From a virus (taxonomy: Duplodnaviria > Caudoviricetes): a stretch of DNA of 64,000 nucleotides. The DNA lies in IMG/VR virus record IMGVR_UViG_3300046557_000242, positions 1,593 to 65,592 of that record. One strand, 5' to 3'. The notes beneath the pieces are model-generated. The model did no database searches. It saw only the letters and a list, made by a program, of their open reading frames with translations, and was not told the DNA's origin. Positions 58,644 through 64,000 of this stretch are shown in pieces. A program made the position numbers and the translations under genes. How positions within the stretch are numbered: position 1 is the first letter of the stretch; each line of letters opens with the position of its first letter.

Positions 58644-58646
58644 GAA

Positions 58647-58868
58647 CTACTTCCAGAGGAAGATCTGGGGAATGACCGGAGGTCTCGTGAGCTTCTTCGG
58701 CGGCTCCGGGAGATTGATCGAGAGACCCATGGGCAGCACGATGCCGCGAAGCTCGATGCCGTCGTTCTGCTCGATCACCCACTCGACGATGTCGTTGTCC
58801 GACGAGCCGTAGCGGGCGTAGCAGATTCGGTCGAGTCGATCGTAGAGCTTGGTGATGTACGTCGACAT
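58647..58868 (-). CDS. Tail protein X (P2 gpX-like)
   Basis: Y.T...D.LD.IC..RYG...N...LP.G..I.LP...LW. Confidence 0.88.
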   Translation of the reverse strand: MSTYITKLYDRLDRICYARYGSSDNDIVEWVIEQNDGIELRGIVLPMGLSINLPEPPKKLTRPPVIPQIFLWK

Positions 58869-59374
58869 TAGCTGGTCACCACTTCACTGAGGAGGTCTGT
58901 GGCCGACGCGAGGTCGTCGCCGTAGCGCGTCAGCTCCAGGGAGAAGTCGATCTTGTGAGCGATACCGATCGGACCGATCTTCTGCTCGGTGGTCCGCACT
59001 CGTCGGATGACGTAATTGCCGATCACTTCTGAGCCATATCCATCGGGATTAGCCAGCGGGTAGAACCTGACCATGAGCATCGGCTTACCGGCTCGGCCGG
59101 CGGCGCGCATGCGCTCGATCGTGGAAAGGCCACCGAAGTGGTAGGGGAACATGCGGCCTTCGATGACCACGTTGTCTTCGCCCGGACCGGTGAACTGCAT
59201 CGCAGGATCGCGCGAAAGGCGATCGGCCGATGTCCAGGTGTATTGCGCGTCGCGTTGAATCGTTTCGAAGTTTGGGGTGTCGATGCCCTTCTGCGGCACG
59301 TAGAAGAGGATCAGTCCGGTCTCGTCGCTCGCGTTGGGGTCCTGCGAACCAAGACCGAGTAGAACGTCTGCCAT
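58868..59374 (-). CDS. P2 gpU-like tail protein
   Basis: W...RL...PAMQFTGPG.D...I.G...P. Confidence 0.85.
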   Translation of the reverse strand: MADVLLGLGSQDPNASDETGLILFYVPQKGIDTPNFETIQRDAQYTWTSADRLSRDPAMQFTGPGEDNVVIEGRMFPYHFGGLSTIERMRAAGRAGKPMLMVRFYPLANPDGYGSEVIGNYVIRRVRTTEQKIGPIGIAHKIDFSLELTRYGDDLASATDLLSEVVTS

Positions 59375-59448
59375 CTATGTCCTCGAAAATGTTGGAGTAG
59401 GAACCCCGGCCCCGCAGGGCCGAGGTAGTAGTTGTTGCCCCACAGGGC

Positions 59449-62400
59449 TTAGGTGTATTCCGACGCGGTATCGTGAGTTCGCCACTGCATCGACTCGTCG
59501 ATCCGGCGCTGCACGAGCGTTGCCAGTGCTTCCGGATCGTGCGAGCTGCCGTTGATGTGGATCGCCACATTGCCAGAGTTCGACCGGATGTCGCCCGCCC
59601 CTGCTCCCGGCCTTGCAGCCGTGGGAGAAGGCACGTTCTTGATCATGTCGGTCGGAGACGGCACGTTGGTGATCGGGCTGTCCGGCGTGCCGGCGATGCC
59701 CTGATCCAGGAACTGACGGAAGCGGATCGCCTTGTTACGACCGCCCGGGCCGACCCAGTCGGTGAACTCGTTGCCATCCTGCTTGCCAGTCCTCGGGTCT
59801 CGGAGATGAAGCCCAGGAATGCCGGTCCGCCTCGATCCGTTGGGATCGGTCGGAAGGCCCTGATCGGTGTAGCCACCGATGACATGACTTCCTGCGAGAG
59901 CGCCGTTGGTCAACGAGTCGTACTGCCCGAAAAGCTTCGGGTTGCGCTGCAGCTTCGCGATTGCCGGCTCAAGTTCGCCTCGACGAATTGGCCCGTAAAA
60001 GCTGTTCCTGCGACCCCTCTTATCGTGGCTCTGCGTGCCATCAGCGTTGTAGCCGAGCATCTGACGGAGGGTTTTGCCCTCCATATCGGCACGGTTCATG
60101 AGGCTCTCGATCGTACCGCCCCGACTTGCTCCTTCGGTCATTTGCATGGCCGCAAGGTGCATTCTAAGGGTCGGATCGTTCTTGATTTCCTCAGCAAACC
60201 TCGCTCGACGAGCGGCAAGGAAGGAGTTGCCACTGAGGCCCTTGCCCACGCTCATGTCAGCGATGCCGCCCGGAGCAGCTCCGATGGACGGCACCTTGTT
60301 GCCGCCCGTGAGAGCGCCAACACCGCCGTGACGAAGGATGCTGCCGCTACGGCCGACCCCGAAACTCGGGAGAGCCTCGCCCGGCGTGCTCTTGAGCAAG
60401 CTGGGGACGCCGCCGATGAGACCGCCACTGAACCCGCCGCCACCGCCTCCAGAGGAGGACAGGCCGCGGCCGGAGCCGCCGCCGAGCGCCGCGTACTGCA
60501 GCCCGCCGCTTCCGTTACGGAAAGCAGCAAGCTCGACCTTGCCGGTGAACTTGTTCAGGTTCTCGGCCAGATCGCTGGTTCGCCCTCGACTCGAGAAGTC
60601 GGTCGCACCGATTGAGCTGGTCTTCTTGTAGTTCGGGTCCTGAGCCTTCTTCTGCTCTTCAAGGTACTTCTTGATCCACTGCTCGTTCTCGCCGGCATAG
60701 CCGTTGCCGAACTGGTACCAGGGCTGGTACTTCTTGCGCGCCGCGTCGATGGTCCCTTGCCCGTATTTCGAGCGCAGTTCCTTCCACTTGGCGGCGCCGT
60801 TGTTCAGCTCGTCGTCTTCCTGGTTGGTCGTCATGCCGCCGACAGCGGCAACAGAACCCGGACCGCCGGCATACTTCGCGATGAACTGCAGGACCGGACT
60901 GGCCTTGAGCACCGTGAGAATGGCCGCAAGTCCCTCAAAGAAGTGGATGACGGTCACCATCGTCTCGGCAAGCGCGCCGATCGACTTGAGGGCAACAGCC
61001 AGCTCTACGAGGTGGCCGGTGAACCTCCCCATCGCTTCCGGATCTGTGCCAGAGAATGCCGCAGCAGCGGAGTGGAACATAGTCGAGAACACGTTCCACA
61101 GCTTCACCATTTCGGACACGAAGCCCTTGGTGAACAACCTGACCTTTTCGGCCCAGCCCTTTCCATCGAGATCATTCGCGTCGCCGAACGTGGACTTGAG
61201 CATCTCGGTCCAGTTATCGAAACCGAGACCCTGCACAATGCCGTCCGTGAACCCCTCGACGATCGTGGAGATCTTGGACGTGTCGAATTTTCCGAGGTAT
61301 CCTACGAAGAAGTCCTGGATTTCCCCGAAAGCCTTCTCCAGACCGGCACCGGTCGCTTCCCAGACAAGTGTCATCGCTGCAACCAGCGACTTCCATCGAC
61401 CAGCGAGCGACTTCAGCTTTTTGTCGTTGATCTCGTCGAGCTTGAGGGCATTCTTGGGATCGCGAATGTCCGCCAGGACCTTGGAGAGGTTGGTGTACTC
61501 CTTGACGAAGACAGCCAGCTCATCGCGCCACTCGCGCATACCCAGCAGGTTGAGCGCTTTCTGCGCGTCCTGCGGGTTCATTCGATCGATCTTTCCGAAG
61601 ATCGCCATCATCGTGTCAGCGGGATTGGCCAATATCTTCCGGGACATGTCGCCCCGGCCGCCCATTCCGAGCATATTTCCCAGCGCGCCGAGATCGTTTG
61701 CTCGCTTGCCCTTCGCGTTCTTAGCGCCGGCCAGTTCATTGTACATGAACTGGATTGCACCACCGGCCTTGCCAGACTGCAGACCGGCCGACACGCCGAT
61801 CGACGTGAAGGCGGAAAGGTCTTCGGCCTTGAAGTTCTTGTTGACCAGGACGCCGGCAGCCTTGCGGTTGGCCGCAATGATTTCGTTCGAGTCGGCAGCC
61901 GTGTCGATGTTGGCGATTGCGACTGCGTTGAGGACGCTTTTCAGCTTGGCTGGATCAAGCTTCGACATGTCCTGCGTAAGGGTCGCCACTCGGGTCGCAA
62001 ACTTGGTCGTCTCGCGCAGGTCGATGTCGAGGCCGGCTCCGGCCTTCATGATCGTATCGGTGACGCCCTGTGCCAGCTCCTTTGGAACACCTGCCTTGAT
62101 TACCTCGGTGTAGGCATCAATCATCTTGTCCGGAGACAGACCGTACTTGATAGCAGCGGCGTTGCCGTAGGACTGCCGCATCTTGCGGACTTCGTCCTGG
62201 CTCATCTCGCCGAACATCCGCAGGTTGGTCTCTGCGGTGTCTGCCTTCATACGGGTCCTGAAGGCACTAACAGCTCCGTAACCCGTTGCACCGGCCGTAG
62301 CGGCTGCATAGGGTGCAGCTCGGTTGCCGATACGTGACATGGAGCGAACGCTGTCCATGGCATCGCGACGCATACGGGCAAGATTGGTGAAGTGGCGACG

Positions 62401-62922
62401 CTGCCTCAGCTGCTCATTCCGCAGGTGCGTGGCTTCGAGGTTGCTGATTTCTTGATTGGTACGCCGCTGGAGGCTGATGCGATCATCAGCTGTCTTGTTG
62501 TAGAGATATTTGAATGCAGCCGCGTTCTTGTATTGCAGGTTCAGCTCGTCCTGGGCATCCTTCTGCTTCTTCTTGGATCCCCGTCCGGTCAACTTCATCA
62601 TCTTCTCGTGCTCCTTCTGGAGCCGAATGATTTCGTTGGTCAGCAGTCCCCAGCTGAGCCCGGCCTTGTCGTTGGCGACGTTGTTCGCCTTGGCCCAGTC
62701 CATGTGCTTCTTCGTCAGACCATTGATCGCCTTCCCGGAGGCGTTGATCTTCTTGACGTAGTCTTCCATGGGGATGTCGGTGATGGAGGCTTTCGCCTTC
62801 TTACCGAACCGTTCCATCTGCTCTTCGAGGCTCTTGATCTTCGCCAAGAGCTTCACGACGGTCGGGGACAGCCTGTCTTCGCCAGTAAGACGCGCCCTGA
62901 TGTCGAGATTGTTGTCGGACAT
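59449..62922 (-). CDS. Tail tape measure protein with probable C-terminal cell-wall hydrolase domain
   Basis: 1157 aa, helical Ala/Gly-rich; between chaperones and gpU. Confidence 0.88.
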   Translation of the reverse strand: MSDNNLDIRARLTGEDRLSPTVVKLLAKIKSLEEQMERFGKKAKASITDIPMEDYVKKINASGKAINGLTKKHMDWAKANNVANDKAGLSWGLLTNEIIRLQKEHEKMMKLTGRGSKKKQKDAQDELNLQYKNAAAFKYLYNKTADDRISLQRRTNQEISNLEATHLRNEQLRQRRHFTNLARMRRDAMDSVRSMSRIGNRAAPYAAATAGATGYGAVSAFRTRMKADTAETNLRMFGEMSQDEVRKMRQSYGNAAAIKYGLSPDKMIDAYTEVIKAGVPKELAQGVTDTIMKAGAGLDIDLRETTKFATRVATLTQDMSKLDPAKLKSVLNAVAIANIDTAADSNEIIAANRKAAGVLVNKNFKAEDLSAFTSIGVSAGLQSGKAGGAIQFMYNELAGAKNAKGKRANDLGALGNMLGMGGRGDMSRKILANPADTMMAIFGKIDRMNPQDAQKALNLLGMREWRDELAVFVKEYTNLSKVLADIRDPKNALKLDEINDKKLKSLAGRWKSLVAAMTLVWEATGAGLEKAFGEIQDFFVGYLGKFDTSKISTIVEGFTDGIVQGLGFDNWTEMLKSTFGDANDLDGKGWAEKVRLFTKGFVSEMVKLWNVFSTMFHSAAAAFSGTDPEAMGRFTGHLVELAVALKSIGALAETMVTVIHFFEGLAAILTVLKASPVLQFIAKYAGGPGSVAAVGGMTTNQEDDELNNGAAKWKELRSKYGQGTIDAARKKYQPWYQFGNGYAGENEQWIKKYLEEQKKAQDPNYKKTSSIGATDFSSRGRTSDLAENLNKFTGKVELAAFRNGSGGLQYAALGGGSGRGLSSSGGGGGGFSGGLIGGVPSLLKSTPGEALPSFGVGRSGSILRHGGVGALTGGNKVPSIGAAPGGIADMSVGKGLSGNSFLAARRARFAEEIKNDPTLRMHLAAMQMTEGASRGGTIESLMNRADMEGKTLRQMLGYNADGTQSHDKRGRRNSFYGPIRRGELEPAIAKLQRNPKLFGQYDSLTNGALAGSHVIGGYTDQGLPTDPNGSRRTGIPGLHLRDPRTGKQDGNEFTDWVGPGGRNKAIRFRQFLDQGIAGTPDSPITNVPSPTDMIKNVPSPTAARPGAGAGDIRSNSGNVAIHINGSSHDPEALATLVQRRIDESMQWRTHDTASEYT

Positions 62923-62960
62923 TGCCGCTCCCCGGAGTCAAAAAAAAGAGGTGCTCAGGG

Positions 62961-63161
62961 CTATTTCTGGCCCTGAGCTGCGCGTATCCGCGCTATTTCG
63001 TCTGCGTCGCGCTGGTTGAGCGCCATGACGCCTTCAGTGATCGCGATGAAGTCGTCCCATTCGAGCTTCTCCACGTCTTCGAGCGTCCAATGGAAGCGCT
63101 CGAAGACAGGGAAGCTATCGATTAGGATTCGTCCGATACGTTCGTCATGAGTTCCAAAAAA
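62961..63161 (-). CDS. Tail assembly chaperone extension expressed by -1 frameshift (gpE'/gpGT-like)
   Basis: -1 frame ORF starting at T TTT TTG; FHW.LEDVEKL.W motif. Confidence 0.75.
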   Translation of the reverse strand, partial: FFGTHDERIGRILIDSFPVFERFHWTLEDVEKLEWDDFIAITEGVMALNQRDADEIARIRAAQGQK

Positions 63162-63403
63162 CCTTCGAACCACTGCTTCATGGGGGCGAAGTCCTCGGAG
63201 TCGATCTCGGCGATGATGACGGCATCGACCTCGAACAGGTCGGCCAGCACCTTCTCCATCGCGCCCATGCCATCCTTCTCGACGTTCTTGATGAACGTGC
63301 GGATGTCGCGGACCTTCGGCCGGCGAGCCTTGAACTCGTTGTAGGTCGAGCTGCGATACTCGAAGGGGAACTTGAGGGTGAAAACTTTCTTCTCGGTAGC
63401 CAT
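63122..63403 (-). CDS. Tail assembly chaperone (P2 gpE-like)
   Basis: L..P...RRPKVRD...A.L...I..ID..DF; ends EGFL at the slippery site. Confidence 0.85.
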   Translation of the reverse strand: MATEKKVFTLKFPFEYRSSTYNEFKARRPKVRDIRTFIKNVEKDGMGAMEKVLADLFEVDAVIIAEIDSEDFAPMKQWFEGFLELMTNVSDES

Positions 63404-63431
63404 TGTGGTTGCACGCCTTGTCTTTGCACAG

Positions 63432-63464
63432 AAAGAAAAAGGCCCCGCCGGTTAGGGCGAGGCC
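63432..63464 (-). terminator. Intrinsic terminator after tail tube gene
   Basis: Reverse complement GGCCTCGCCC...GGCGGGGCC-TTTTTCTTT. Confidence 0.7.
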
Positions 63465-63495
63465 AGTGGAGTAGTTCGATCTCTCCGGCTACGCC

Positions 63496-64000
63496 TTAGT
63501 AGGTGAAGCCGAGGATCCGCCGAGCGTTCGCGCTCTGGTCCGTTCCGCCGATGACCGTGATCTTGTTGAACACGTCGATTTCGGTGACGGTGACGCCATC
63601 GATCTCGTGACGGTAATAGTTGGCGACGAGGTTGACGGTGACGCTCGCCTTCTTGCCGGGCTCAACTTTGCCGGGCTTGATGGCCTTGATCAGCGAGTGC
63701 GTCTCGATGATCACGCCCTTCTCCGCACCGCTAGCGGTCAGAAGATAGCCGCGGAAGGTGACGGGGACGTCGAGTGAGCCCGGGCCGTAGCCGAGGTTCT
63801 GCCAGATCTGCTCGTCCCAGGTGTGCAGCTCGAAGTCGAACTCGATCTTCTCGATGCCCATGGGGATTTCTGCGGTGCCGTCCATACCACCACCGCGGAA
63901 CTCTTCCGTCTGGATGTTGATTTCGGGCGGCTGGAAGTTCGGCGCTTCGCCGATCTTGCCGATGTCGTCGATCCAGACCGTGAAGTCCTGGAAAATGTTG
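63496..64000 (-). CDS. Contractile tail tube protein (P2 FII-like), 5' end beyond window
   Basis: EEFRGGGMDG...MG.EK.E, YY...IDG...EID..N....GG.D. Confidence 0.88.
   Translation of the reverse strand, partial: NIFQDFTVWIDDIGKIGEAPNFQPPEINIQTEEFRGGGMDGTAEIPMGIEKIEFDFELHTWDEQIWQNLGYGPGSLDVPVTFRGYLLTASGAEKGVIIETHSLIKAIKPGKVEPGKKASVTVNLVANYYRHEIDGVTVTEIDVFNKITVIGGTDQSANARRILGFTY

Overview
The whole 64 kb window is one continuous segment of a large, GC-rich temperate phage. Gene families, codon style and the tRNA target suggest a Hyphomicrobiales host, possibly Bradyrhizobium-like (inference). Positions 1-51.4 kb are mostly + strand early/middle genes: an rIIA-type GHKL operon with a zinc peptidase, SF1 helicase, XRE regulators, RuvC, a lambda-O-like initiator with an internal iteron origin, a split primase-helicase, SSB, DnaQ, YqaJ exonuclease with a putative annealing protein, class II RNR, ThyX, a TAXI receptor, dCMP deaminase, MT-A70 methylase and many small ORFs. 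A tyrosine integrase is followed by an intact attP (3' half of tRNA-Pro(CGG) with arm repeats on both sides), so this looks like the non-integrated form. Positions 51.4-64 kb are - strand: nucleotide-salvage genes, a lysis cassette and P2-like contractile-tail genes with a -1 frameshifted chaperone. Two window-wide patterns stand out. (1) About 19 copies of a 14-bp TTGCWTGAATGCAA box sit at gene junctions and point in the direction of transcription, like a distributed operator/stoperator network. (2) Many proteins carry hard-coded mimics of the alphaproteobacterial tmRNA degradation tag (ANDN ... AA-COOH). All family calls come from motif recognition by eye, not from database searches.
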